A stretch of DNA of 64,000 nucleotides from Eledone cirrhosa (lineage: Eukaryota), in contig OZ024743.1 in the NCBI GenBank assembly GCA_964016885.1, positions 265,608,001-265,672,000 of the forward strand, read 5' to 3'. The notes below the pieces were generated by a model. That model saw only the letters and a list, made by a program, of their open reading frames with translations. It was not told the origin of the DNA and did not search any database. Below, piece after piece: positions 36,081 to 51,466 of the stretch; within the stretch, counting starts at the first letter, position 1, and every line of letters begins with the position of its first letter. The position numbers and the translations under genes are program-made.

Positions 36081-36795
36081 GAAGTAATTCCGTCGGAAAA
36101 GTCCAGGAAAAAAGAGTGCTCTATGTAGGTAACAGAGCTTAATAGTTATGTAATAAACAACATAAGGCAATTATTCCATTTACCAGTGGTTTCTTAAGAG
36201 CAAAAAATGTTGCTTTCAATCCTCAGAATGAAAAAAACCTGGTCTGTTTATTGAATTCGGATTTTAAAAATCTATTTTTTTTTAAAAATAAATCTACACT
36301 TATTTTTACCGTGTATATTATTAAACCAAGAAATAACAGAGGAAGTATTTAGCCACTGTGATAGGTCAGTGTTAGTTCTAATTTGGAGAATTATTTTTCT
36401 TAAGATTTTTTTACTTGCAAGGCCAACTTCGGATTTAGCCGAGTTAATCAGTCTACACCTAGGTCGATTAGTAAAGTCCAATTTATGGTCTTTAAGGCTA
36501 ATATATTCTTTACGCTTAGTTAGGCTTTCAAACCGGTTGTCTATTTTTAAAGAACTAGCTAGTTCTTTAGCTTCTTTATTGATAGTATTGTAAGTATTAT
36601 TATTAGTTAATTGATATTTGTTGGTAATACTATTAGTTAAAAGTTGGTTATACAAAAGTTTAAGGTTTTTTTAAAATCCAAATTCAATAAACAGACCAGG
36701 ACTTTTTCATTCTGAGGATTGAAAGCAACATTTTTTGCTTTTAAGTAACCACTGGTAAATGGAATAATTGCCTTATGTTGTTTATTACATAACTA
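36077..36795 (-). mobile_element. Fold-back PLE remnant: inverted pLTR arms around an RT fragment
   Basis: Inverted repeat 36143-36270 / 36668-36795. The spacer encodes LKDHK..RLINSAKSEVG...QW.NT..VI.WF, a PLE RT N-terminal region. HHR at 36177-36230 (-). The + copy at 36708-36761 has GAAA changed to GTAA. Confidence 0.85.
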
Positions 36796-36854
<59 letters not shown>

Positions 36855-37049
36855 TAGTTAGAGAGAGAGAGAGAGAGAGAGAGATAGTTAGAGAGAGAGA
36901 GAGAGAGAGTTAGAGAGATATTCATGTATATATGTATGTACATATGTATGCATATATATGTGTATGTATATACATGTGTGTATATATATATATTCCACAA
37001 TGCTTCAAGCAAACTTCAATACTCTCATATATATGTATATATGTATGTA

Positions 37050-37090
<41 letters not shown>

Positions 37091-37093
<3 letters not shown>

Positions 37094-37530
37094 TTGGGGA
37101 GGGTCATATTTGTGTAATATTGCCAGAATTAATAACAGAAAACACTCACTGTTTGGTTGGTTTTCGCTTCTCGCTTCTGTGTCTTTTATATCGGTAATCT
37201 AACCTACTCGGTCCTCAATCTTGCCATTGACTGACCGACGGTCAAAAATAATACAGATACAATATAGACACAAACACATATATATAGTTTATCATAAGTC
37301 TTTCGTTGCACATTTGCAACATCGTCAGTGGTGCTATCTTTTCCTCCTGTTGTATTGTATGTCTACGCCATTTTTATTCAGTCTGTCTATATATTTATTT
37401 ATATATTTATTTGGTTGTTTGTTTATTTTATTTTGTCTTCTTTGCGCAATATTACACAAATATGACCCTCCCCAAGTATAACAATATTTGTTTCGACACA
37501 CGATTTCATATAAAAAACCTCGCAAAACTA
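37091..37530. mobile_element. Fold-back pLTR-type element with HHR (minus strand, 37292-37331)
   Basis: Inverted repeat 37091-37123 / 37446-37478. Minus strand reads cca-CTGACGA-t-GTTGCA-aatg-TGCAAC-GAAA-gact-TA-tga. Confidence 0.75.
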
Positions 37531-37574
37531 TATATATATATATATGTATGTATGTATGTATGTATATATATATA

Positions 37575-38827
<1,253 letters not shown>

Positions 38828-38843
38828 TGTATATATATGTATG

Positions 38844-38919
<76 letters not shown>

Positions 38920-38943
38920 TGTATGCATATGTATGTGTGTATG

Positions 38944-39015
<72 letters not shown>

Positions 39016-39173
39016 TATATATGCATATATGCATGTATGTATATATATATATGCATGTATGCATATGTATGTATGTACATGTATATGCATGTATGCATAT
39101 GTATGTATGTACATATATATAAATGTATGCATATGTATCTATGTATATATATATATATGCATGTATGCATATG

Positions 39174-39214
<41 letters not shown>

Positions 39215-39219
39215 GCATA

Positions 39220-39290
<71 letters not shown>

Positions 39291-39305
39291 GTATGCATAT
39301 ATATG

Positions 39306-39343
<38 letters not shown>

Positions 39344-39363
39344 TGTATGTATATATATGTATG

Positions 39364-39409
<46 letters not shown>

Positions 39410-39457
39410 GCATGTATGTATATATGTATATATATGTATGTAAATATGTATGTATAT

Positions 39458-39804
39458 CACACCTCTTCATCACATCTGATGCCACTTCATCTTCCCCATG
39501 AGCCTTGCCCTCCTTGATCATCTTTTTGCCTCTCTGCAGCTTCTCTTTGGTGAAGGGTCCCGTCTCAATATCCAGTTCCTGAAACAGCTGCCTGATCTCC
39601 CCAGTGTTCTGGGCTGTAGAGGGCGACTTTCCTAGTAGGGTTCTAAAATGGTCCAGCCATTTCATCTTTCTATCCTCGGGCTCAGCTCGCTGGATTTGAC
39701 TTGAACCCCCGCTCTACCTTCCTGGCAGATGTGAGTGACAAAGACCACTGGAGAGAACTCCTCCACTGATATCGAGAATTTCAACTACCCTAGATAGATA
39801 GATA

Positions 39805-39807
<3 letters not shown>
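39458..39807. mobile_element. RTE LINE fragment with an internal inversion
   Basis: 39458-39710 on the minus strand encodes [11 protein letters not shown]...GKAHGED. It is joined to a + strand 3' end (39715-39807) with a (TAGA)n tail. Confidence 0.6.
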
Positions 39808-39883
<76 letters not shown>

Positions 39884-39899
39884 GTATGTATATATATAA

Positions 39900-39945
<46 letters not shown>

Positions 39946-39953
39946 TTATATAT

Positions 39954-40032
<79 letters not shown>

Positions 40033-40043
40033 TATATATAAAT

Positions 40044-40545
<502 letters not shown>

Positions 40546-40568
40546 AATATGTATATATGTATATATAT

Positions 40569-40731
<163 letters not shown>

Positions 40732-40741
40732 AATATATATG

Positions 40742-41440
40742 AATTACACAATAATCAAAGCTATGTTCAAATTATTTTATTGCTGACAATCGATTCTTGC
40801 AAACTTTCGTTTGGTAACCTCGGAGCACTAGAAATGTTTGAACATATGATAAACTTCCTATTCAACTGAACAATCATATAGATACATGGATATTAATGAT
40901 GTCATCAACAGTTTCGTATTTACAGAGTAGAATGGATGTGAAAGAGATTGCAAGAGAATTGTATAATAATTAAAGAGGTACAGTGTGGAATGCACGTGAC
41001 AGAGATTACAAGAGAACAGTATAATAATTAAAGCAGTATAATAATTAAAGCAGTATAGAGAGTGCAAATGCGTTAGGCATATACAGGACTGTATATGCCT
41101 TACGCATTTGCACTCTCTATACTGCTTTATTTATTATACTATTCTCTTGTAATTTCTTTCACATTCACTCTTTAAATATGAAACTGTTGATGACAACATT
41201 AATATCCATGTATCTATAGGATTGTTCAGTTGGATAGGAAGTTAATTATATGTCCAAACTTTGCTAGTGCTACGAGGATCCCAGATAAAGTTTGGAAGAA
41301 ACGGTTGTCAGCAATAAAAGGATTTGAACATAGTTTTGATTATTCTGTAATTTATATTCCTGCACTGTAAAACATCTGATGTAGTTACTTTGGGCTATTT
41401 TCCTTGCTGTTAATAAGGTAGTAATAAATTACTGACATTT
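40742..41440. mobile_element. ~610-bp snap-back palindrome with a 2-nt loop and degenerate HHR
   Basis: Arms 40742-41086 and 41089-41353 meet at cag-ga-ctg. The + arm has TTGATGA (41187)...GAAA-cggttg-TC-agca (41298-41313). Confidence 0.85.
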
Positions 41441-41461
41441 GTTGTTTATAGTTGTATATGT

Positions 41462-41496
<35 letters not shown>

Positions 41497-41506
41497 TATA
41501 TATATA

Positions 41507-41619
<113 letters not shown>

Positions 41620-41622
41620 ATA

Positions 41623-41833
41623 AATAGGAACGAGTAGGACCCCGACGGCCGAGCTCAACCCGTTTCGACGGCTAATTCTGGACGTCTAATTCTGCGTCCA
41701 GAATTAGCCGTGGAAACGGCTTGAGCTCAGCCGTCGGGGTCCTACTCGTTCCTATTACCCACTCTGCTACCCTAAGTATTGAGTACTTTGGTGCGTTATG
41801 GCCCATCTGTTTCCTTACCACATTTCCTTTGTT
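41623..41833 (+). mobile_element. Fold-back element retaining the 3' half of an HHR
   Basis: Palindrome 41623-41756. GAAA-cggct-tgagctc-agccg-TC-gggg lies in the right arm. Confidence 0.75.
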
Positions 41834-41838
41834 ATATG

Positions 41839-41871
<33 letters not shown>

Positions 41872-42355
41872 ATTTATATATATGCATCTATATATGCATT
41901 TATATATACATGCATGTATATATATGTATATATATGTATATATATATATGCGTATATATATACATATAGGAAGGTTTATTGATTTATTTACACTTACTTA
42001 AAAGCAAATACTCATAACATATGTGTATGCATATGATTATTTCTTTTTAAGTAAGTGTAAATACTTCAATAATCCTTCCTTTTAGACAACAACAAAAGTA
42101 AAACCGATGATTAATCGAATAACACTAATGGATGAACATATTTCTATAGTCACACATACTTAGACAAACTCCCATATACTACAATGTGGACATATAGATG
42201 GCAGAATATACACACAACGATTGTACACTTGCAGTAAAGGAGGTTCGGTGATAGAGACATGATCAGAGAAAGGTGGAGATATAGAAAGTGAGTGACAGAG
42301 ATGGTCAGATAATTAGATAAGCAGAGAGAGAGAGAGAAAGAGAAAGAGAGAGAGA

Positions 42356-42439
<84 letters not shown>

Positions 42440-42454
42440 GAGAGAGAGAGAAAG

Positions 42455-42487
<33 letters not shown>

Positions 42488-42944
42488 AATGAAGTAATTC
42501 CGTCGGAAAGGTGCAGGAAAAAAGATTGCTCTATGTAGGTTACAGAGCTTATTAGTTATGTAATAAACAACATAAGATAATTATTTCATTTACCAGTGGT
42601 TTCTTGAAAGCAAACACAATTCGCTTTCAGTCATCAGAATGAAAAATTCCTGGTGTATTTATTGACAGTGGATTTTAAAAACAAAAATATAATCTATATG
42701 AAAGTGAGGCTGGAAAAGGAAGAAGGAAAGGAAAAATAATAAATATAAAAGTATATAAACACGCATGCGCACACACACACACACACGTACACATACATAT
42801 GTATGCACACATACACTTATATATATATATGTATATACATACACACATATATACACACACGTCTATATATACACACATATATATACCTATATATATATAT
42901 ATCCTTACATACACATACACATAAATACGCAATTACCCCCCCCC

Positions 42945-43008
<64 letters not shown>

Positions 43009-43511
43009 TACATATATATATACACACGTACATACACACACATACATGCACACATATATGTACGCATACATACGCACACACTTATATATATATATACACA
43101 CACCTACATACGCACACACACAATTTTTCCTATATATATATATATATATGTATTTGTATGGTTGTGTGTATGTATATATGTGTATGTATAAGCATAATTA
43201 CATACAGAGTGATTTAATGTTTATTTTCATTGATTATTTGCTCTAGGAACTTGTTGAGTGCTCTAAATTATCTATAAACATTTATACCTTTATCTATTTA
43301 TTTATTTATTTATTATTTGTCGTATTCCCAACTATTTGTTTGCCCCTTCCATCTTTTTATTTTTATATATATATTTATGCATTTTCTTATGTGTATATAT
43401 ATATATATACGTGTGTATAATGGTAGCTATGGTGCTTCCATGGGCGGTATGCCAAAATTAGCACTCAATATTCATACAGAGCAGAGTGTGAATAGTATTA
43501 AAAAAACGAAT

Positions 43512-44022
43512 AATCAGTGATGCATATGGACTCAGTTTATTGCGTGTTACAATTGTTTCACCGGCAGGTAGCTCGGGACACGATCACTCTATGGATCTGG
43601 CTGATTCTACGGCTGCAGGTTCCTTCAGACACAGGCAGTTCGTTCGGAGCAAATGTTCTCACTGGGGTGTTATCGTCAAAAAATACTTTCAAAAAACATC
43701 TTCCACTCTTGTCATGCCATTGTGCTGTTGTTCTATTTACTGCTACACGGGTCATCAGCCATTTTCCGTCCGACACACTTCAATGGAGCCATGCTGGGTT
43801 TGGTATCTCACACGTCTGTTCACACTCCAGAGTATCTACCCACATATACACACACACACATATACACACACGAACGCCGAACAGATTCCGAACGAATTGC
43901 CTGTGTCTGAAGTAACCTGCAGCCGTAGAATCAGCCATATCCATACAGTGATCATGTCTCGAGCTACCTGCCGGCGAAACAATTGTAACACGCAATAAAC
44001 TGAGCCCAGATGCATCACTGAT
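43512..44022. mobile_element. Fold-back element with HHR-like motifs in both arms
   Basis: Inverted repeat 43512-43648 / 43887-44022. gtgt-CTGAAGT...cggc-GAAA-caattg-TA-acac at 43903-43991 (non-canonical A9). Confidence 0.75.
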
Positions 44023-44229
44023 TTTTCGCTTTTTATACTATATATATATATATATATATAAAGAATTAGTATATCTACTAACATATATATACAGATGCAT
44101 ACTTATGCCAGCAAATATATAGGTTTTGTCTTAGTAACATTGTGGTTCAATGCATGGGGATGCAGAACAATAATATGAAAGACGTAAAATAAGAAAATTA
44201 TAAAAATTAACTTACTTACTAAAATTTCA

Positions 44230-44308
44230 CTCCAACTAATTAGTTTCTGAAAGGGAATAAACATAGTTTCCGAAGAAACGTACGGAGAAGCCTTTCGTCA
44301 TCAGGGAA
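44230..44308 (-). ncRNA. Type I hammerhead ribozyme in the fold-back element 44173-44678
   Basis: Minus strand reads ttcc-CTGATGA-c-gaaagg...cctttc-a-GAAA-ctaattag-TT-ggag. Inverted repeat 44173-44223 / 44628-44678. Confidence 0.7.
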
Positions 44309-44674
44309 GTCTATTCTCAGCTAAGTTTCCAGGCGATGCGTGGACACAGGGAACTCATACAAAAATAATTCAGTGGATGGAAAAAGGCAAAGCGTGGACT
44401 AAGTTCCAAGCCATTGAAAAAATCACTGCCTACTGCGTCGGTGGCAAATTCAAAAGAATCAATCACGTGAAATCGAGGTTAATCAGTGAGGAGTATCTCA
44501 CACGTCTGTTCACACTCCAGAGTATGTACCCACATATACACACACACACACACACATATACACACACGAACGCCGAACAGATTCTGAACGAATATCCATA
44601 CAGTGATCATGTCTCGAGCTACCTGCCTTTAGTAAGTAAGTTAATTTTTATAATTTTCTTATTTTACGTCTTTC

Positions 44675-44767
<93 letters not shown>

Positions 44768-45358
44768 TGTATATATATGTATATGTGTGTGTATGTGTGT
44801 GTGCATGTATATATTTGTATGTATGTATGTGTATGTGTAGATGTGTGCATTGCTTACCTGTGTTTGTTTATTTATTTGTGTTATTTTCTGTATCACTGTC
44901 AACTTTATAATAATTTTTATTTTCTAAGTCGTATATTTTTTTATGTGACGGCCTATTGCATTATATGTTGGTTCATTGTTTTTTGTTTTTTTTTTCTCAT
45001 AATTAATTGTGTGTGCGTATGTAGGTGTGTGTATATGTATCTATATATGTGTTTACGTATGTATATGTGTATATATGTGTGTATGTATGTGTGTGTATGT
45101 ACGTGTGTATATATATACACACACATATATATATATATATGTGTGTTTGTGTATTTATCTGTATGTATGGATATATATGTATGTGTATATATGTGTGTAT
45201 GTATGTGTGTATCTATATGTGTGTGTGTGTGTGTGCATGTGTGTTTATCTACTTTTATATTTATTCTTTTTCCTTTCCTTCTTCTTTTTCAAGCCTCACT
45301 TTCATATAGATTATATTTTTGTTTTTAAAATCCACTGACAATAAATACACCAGGAATT

Positions 45359-45419
45359 TTTCATTCTGATGACTGAAAGCAAATTTTGTTTGCTTTCAAG
45401 AAACCATTGGTAAATGAAA
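45359..45419 (+). ncRNA. Type I hammerhead ribozyme
   Basis: tttcatt-CTGATGA-c-tgaaagcaaa-ttttg-tttgctttca-a-GAAA-ccattgg-TA-aatgaaa. Confidence 0.85.
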
Positions 45420-45452
45420 TAATTATCCTATGTTGTTTATTACATAACTATA

Positions 45453-46621
45453 TGTATATATATATATAAAATTAAGTATGTGTGTTTGTCTGTGTGTTTG
45501 TGTATTACCTATAGGGGCCTACATCTTACGACAGATTTTCATGAACCTTTACAGGTTCATAGATTAGTCATCATGATGTGTTTTCTATGTTTCAGCGTAT
45601 CTATTTTTTTATTCCGGGGTCATTCTGCAGATATAAATCGATTGGGAGGTCACCTTATTTTAGGTATCGAAAAATAAGATTTTTGGCTCTAGCTCCCACA
45701 TTTTGCTACCAATTTCGTTCAAATTTAAAAGCAAAATAGAATTTATCATTGCACATCCTGTAATCGCGATATAGTTTGCATTTGATGTTCAGGGCCGGCG
45801 TGGCAGCCGCTTAAATATAAAAAAATACCACTTTTAGACTCAAATTTCCACTTTCCCGCCTCTAGCTCCCATATTAATCAACCTACTTTGTTCAAATTTT
45901 ACGCTATTATTTCACGTCTTAAAGTGGCTTTACATTTTGGATTTTTTTGTTCAGGAACGGCGTGGCAGCCGCTTAAATATTCGAAAATACCACCTTTTCG
46001 CTCAAATTTCCGCCTTTTCGTCTCTAGCTCCCACATTTTTCAACCGATTTCGTTCAAATTCGAAATTTCGGCTCCACCTCACACATAAATCAATTTATTT
46101 GGTTCAACTTTTATACCACGATAGAACCTATCATTGCACATCTTATAGTGGCTTTACACTTTGCATTTTTTGTTCAGTGACGGAGACCTATCATTAGCTT
46201 CCACATTTTCCAACCGATTTCATTCAAATTCGAAACTTAGGCTCCACCTCACACATAAATCAATTTATTCGGTAAAACTTTTATACTACGATATCATTTC
46301 ACACCTTATTGATCGTGGAAGGCAAAACGATGGCCACTGACGTCGTCTGAGCTTTTAGTTGTGTATTTGAGAATTGATCGTTTTCCAATCAAGTAGCGTG
46401 AGGAAATTTGGCTTAGTGTTAGAGGTCATTACCCCCCTCCTCCAGCATGCCCCTTCATCAGTCACCCGCGTTTCTCTGTGATAGAAGTCATCACCACCCT
46501 CCCCCGCATGACCTGTGTCTGGCCATAGATGATTCATCGAGAAGCAGTCGGTAAGATCAACACATTTTCATCAAAGCAGATATTATTTTACCTACCCAGG
46601 CAGCGCTGGGTACTGCTGCTA

Positions 46622-46622
<1 letters not shown>
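45453..46622 (+). mobile_element. Non-autonomous Helitron
   Basis: 5' tatatatataaaa..gtgtgtttgtctg. 3' hairpin acccag-gcagcg-ctgggt followed by CTAG|T. The 5' TC is not intact. Confidence 0.7.
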
Positions 46623-46708
<86 letters not shown>

Positions 46709-48089
46709 TTATATGCATTTTCTAATTAAATGAGATATTTGACATAATTCATTCACCAAGAGTGTTAATGGAAATATATAGAGAGAAGGAACGGAAAAAA
46801 TAGAGAAGTCTCGACCCCAGTATTGATGTGGTACTTTATTTATTGACTCCAGAAAGACGAAAGGCTTAGTTGCTATCAGTGTGATATTATCTTAAAGCAT
46901 AAAGAGACGGTATGAAAACCGTACACTAACGATTCTACCGGTCTGTGGGTTTTGCAGAATAAGATTTTAGACCCTAGATGAATGTATTTTTTTTTACACA
47001 ATTAGCACATAGTAATTACATTTTTACAAATTACTGTAGATTTTAAGAATATATAATTATGGTTTCTTGAAGGCTACGTTATTATATTACGAGAAACTTA
47101 ATGCTGCCTTTCAACATGAAAATGTTCCCCAACTCTGCTCTAAACTATACAATTATCATAAAGAAACAATGTCCACCACATCATTTCTCGATAACCAAAT
47201 ATATTCAGAAACGTAATTATATCATACAGCAACCCGACGTTGATTCAACAAGAACATTCATAATTAGTGATAATTATAGGCACCAAATGAAGATAGCTAA
47301 TACATTGATGACAAGAACATGGAACCGCACCGAAACAATTAAACTGTACCTCTATAACAATGAAGAAAATACATAAAATACTGGGCACTTCCACGAAAAT
47401 ATCAGCTTAAAAGTAATTGAAATATCTTTAAAGTTAGTGGTCTTCAAAAGCGGATTAATCGAAATATATTGTATATGAATGAAACTTTTACCAATAATAA
47501 TTGTTGAAATGCGTATTATACATAAAACTACGAACAAAAACATTAATAAGAAAGTCGAAATCTAGAGTAACTGGAGTAATGCGGACGAGACATAGTGTGT
47601 GACGAATGAATTTTTACATTTAAATTACCATTTCATTTTTAAGCCAAAAGAAGACTGGGTTAGATACCTGACTAATAATAAAACAAAAAATAAGATGTGA
47701 AATATACCAGAATATAACAATAAAAGAAAAAAATAATAAACGCGTTCAGTGCTGTCGATCTACATAAGTTACTAGACACAATTCACCAGAGTATTTTCCA
47801 TAAATAACAGAATTCAGACAGCACACCGCAGCAACCTTTGGGTTGATGATGATGGGGATGGTGAGAAATATGTGGCTGATGATGATAATTGTTTCTACTT
47901 TTGGCACAAAGTCAGCAAATATCCGAGTGTATTACTGGTACTTTTATTTTATCGATGAAGATAATGCTGATGATTACGACGAAGTTGATGATAATCATGA
48001 TGGTGATAATGACGATAATGATGGTGATGCTGATGACGATAATGATGACCATGACGAAAACGATGATGACGACGATGACGATATTGTTT

Positions 48090-48275
48090 GTTTCTACTTT
48101 TGGCACAATACCAGCAATTATTCCAATGCATTACTGGTACTTTATTTTATCGACCTTGTAAGGTTGAAAGGGAAAGCTAACCATGCGGGATTTGAACTCA
48201 GACTGTAAAGGGACGTAACTCTATGCTGCAAAGCATGGCGTCTGACGCTGTACTGATACTACCAATCCACCGCCC
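48090..48275 (-). mobile_element. tRNA-derived SINE (same family as 16-18 kb; partial copies at ~46810 and ~47890)
   Basis: Same consensus as the 16-18 kb copies. Confidence 0.8.
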
Positions 48276-48626
48276 TCGGTGATGATAACAATGATAATTG
48301 AGATGACAAGGATACGAATGTTGACGATAATGAAGATGACGATGATGTTTGTCGTAGTAATGGCGATGACTGTACTATTAAATCGTATTTATGATCGTAC
48401 TATTTATGGAATGATCAATGTTTCAAGTATAAAACAAGATCGATCTGCAATCGATTAGTAAAGAAAAGATCTGTTGATATTGAAGTAAATGACCAACGGC
48501 AAGATGGTGCTTAGTGTGTGTAATATTGACTGATGGTATGTCGTGGATGATATCTGTGACAATGTCACGCATTTCATGACAGAATAACTACTAATTGCAT
48601 TGCGCTAGCTTGTAATGATGATGGGT

Positions 48627-48690
<64 letters not shown>

Positions 48691-48765
48691 CAGTAGTGGT
48701 GGTGGTGGTGGTGATGGTGGTGGTAGGAGTAGTAGTACTAGTAACAGTGGTAGTATTGGTAGTAT

Positions 48766-48827
<62 letters not shown>

Positions 48828-49044
48828 ACAGCAGTAGTAGTAGTAGTAATAGCAGCAGCAGTAGTAGCAAAAGCAGCAGTAGTAGTAGTAGCAGCAGCAG
48901 TAGGAGTAGTAGTAGTATTAGTAGTGGTAGTAGTCGTAACAATAGTAGTAGCTGTGGTGGTGGTGCCGGCGGTGGTCGTAGTAGTAGTCGTTGTGACGGT
49001 GGTGCTAATAGATATTGGAGTAATAGTCGTTGTGGTGGCGCTAA

Positions 49045-49089
<45 letters not shown>

Positions 49090-49200
49090 TTGTAGTAGTA
49101 GTGGTTGTGTTGGTGGTCATGGTAGTAGCAGTAGTAATGTTGGTTGTGGTGGTGGTGGTGGTGGTGGTGGTGAGAGTGGTGGTAATAGTAGTATTAATAG
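48627..49200. repeat. (TAG)n/(TGG)n/(CAG)n low-complexity tract
   Basis: Seen directly. Source of the poly-V/T/L ORFs. Confidence 0.95.
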
Positions 49201-49876
49201 TGTTAGGTATGGTGGTCGGGAGGGTTGTAGTATTTGTTGTGATCGTGCTATTAATAGTGTTTCTTTTAGCTGTTGTGGTATTAGGGGTAATATCAATGTA
49301 TCAGGGTAGGGTGAATTGACAATGACGGTGGTGATGACTGTGACTGTGCTGGTTGCAATTATTGTCTTATAAGGGGTAGTAAAGATTTGAAGATGGTGGG
49401 GTTAGTTGTATTGATGTAATGGCAATGTTTATAGTAGAGGTGGCAATAAGTATTTGACGGTTGCGGTGATAGCGATGATTATGGTAGCGGTATGGATAAT
49501 GGTCTGTTGGTTTTAGTAGTGAATGTGGTAGTGATGGCTATGGTTTGGCTGAAGATGTGGTAGTTACGATGATGGTGGATATTATGTTGAAGATGGCGAT
49601 GGTTGTAGTAGTGATGCCGGTGGTCATATTAGTGAGAGATCTAGTGGAGTTCATGGTGGTTGTGTTGTTCGTATTGATTGTGGAGCTGCTAGTTATCTTA
49701 GTGGCAATTTTGAGATGCATTAGTAAATTCTTTGAAATCACCGCTTTATCACTGCCACTATAGATTGATAGTAGAATATATACATATATGAATACATACA
49801 AACATATATGTATCCACATATCCCCCCCCCCATACACACACATACATATATATATATTAGAGAGAGAGAGAGATAA

Positions 49877-49911
<35 letters not shown>

Positions 49912-49969
49912 TAGATAGATATATACATTTATATACATACACATATATATATATATATATTTATATATA

Positions 49970-50330
49970 TATTGTTATACTTTGGGAGGGTCATGTTGCC
50001 AATAAAAACACACGCACCTATCGGTTTTCTCTTCAATTTATTATAAATATCCGGTTGGTTGGTTGGTTCGATAACCGGATGGTTGTTTACATATTGTCAA
50101 AGCTCTTTCGTCATAGAATGTGTGACGAGAGAACTAATATATAAACAACCTTCCGGTTATCGAACCACCCACCCAACCAACCAACTGGAGATTTATAATA
50201 AATTGAAGCGAAAACCAACAGGTACGTTTGTTTTTATTGGAAATATGACCCTTCCAAAGTATAACAATATATGTTTCAACAACATTTTCAGATAAGAAAT
50301 CTTGCAAAACAAATTCAAAAACGACATGTT
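49970..50330. mobile_element. Fold-back element (same family as 58060-58360); the spacer is an HHR stem II/III remnant
   Basis: Inverted repeat 49970-50094 / ~50136-50269. The spacer on the minus strand reads gtcacacattctatgac-GAAA-gagc-TT-tgac. Confidence 0.8.
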
Positions 50331-50765
50331 TCCGTGTGAGTGTGTGAGTGTGTGTGTGTATGTGTGTGTTTTTGTCTGTGTGTATGTGTGTGCGCGCGTA
50401 CAAAATCGAGCACATACATCAACTTACAAACGCAAAATGTATAGTATTTACTCTGAAAAGACGTTTCAGTCGGTTTCGGACGATTGAAGATTGATGAGGT
50501 AGCCGTTGAATAGTCGCCCGGGTGATCAGCAGCTCTGGATACTAGTTGTCCCAGCATATTTTGAATGATCCGGTACAACACCTCATATCCAATATTCTCA
50601 CCGTAATAGCAATTTCATTTAAGTTCGTCAGTAGATGGTATTTTTATTTATTTATATTTTTCTCAAAAATGGAACCTATATTTTCGAATGCAGAATTAAA
50701 GCAGTGCCTCTGGTCTAATACATTTTCCATACGTAGCTATAAACAATAACATCTCTGAACAACTA

Positions 50766-50966
<201 letters not shown>

Positions 50967-51155
50967 TATATGTATAAAGGGATGTGCTAAGCTCTGAGGA
51001 GTAACAACAGTACGAAACAGAGATCTGTCAGCTTATCCCCCTTTGTTTGCTGAAAAAAAGAAGTGACATAGTCACTACTTTAAAACAATAGCGTAAGGTC
51101 TTCAAAATGCTTTTAATTAAGCTTACAGTGTATTGCAAAATACACTATATATACA

Positions 51156-51189
<34 letters not shown>

Positions 51190-51192
<3 letters not shown>

Positions 51193-51466
51193 TTGGCCCC
51201 CGGTATTTTCGGAGGTTGTGTTGCTAAACCGCCCGCGGAGAGTGAATATTGGACATGGTCCATAAAAATGCCTATAAACGTCAAAACAACGTAAAATATT
51301 GGTTGGCAAATACGGTATATTCTTGTTAATAATTTTGGGTTAAAAAGCGTGAAAAAAGTGTTTTGCAACAAAAATAAACATTAAAAAATCGTGGAAGATA
51401 TTTACGATTCCGCGAATATGCGGTGGTTTCCATGAACATAATTGGTTAGGTTCTAAGTAAAATTCA
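51190..51466 (+). mobile_element. Tigger/pogo-like MITE fragment
   Basis: TA|CAGTTGGCCCCCGG start. Homologous to 59832-60320. Confidence 0.55.

Larger units (their letters stand above)
42487..45450. mobile_element. Large inverted pLTR pair (same family as 36077-36795) enclosing nested elements
   Basis: ~42553-43130 is inverted at ~45005-45450. HHRs at 42584-42644 (-) and 45359-45419 (+). Confidence 0.8.

Noticed and set aside
48574-49319. Mucin-like poly-Thr and poly-Val ORFs
   Set aside because: (TAG)n/(TGG)n low-complexity DNA with no supported splice context.
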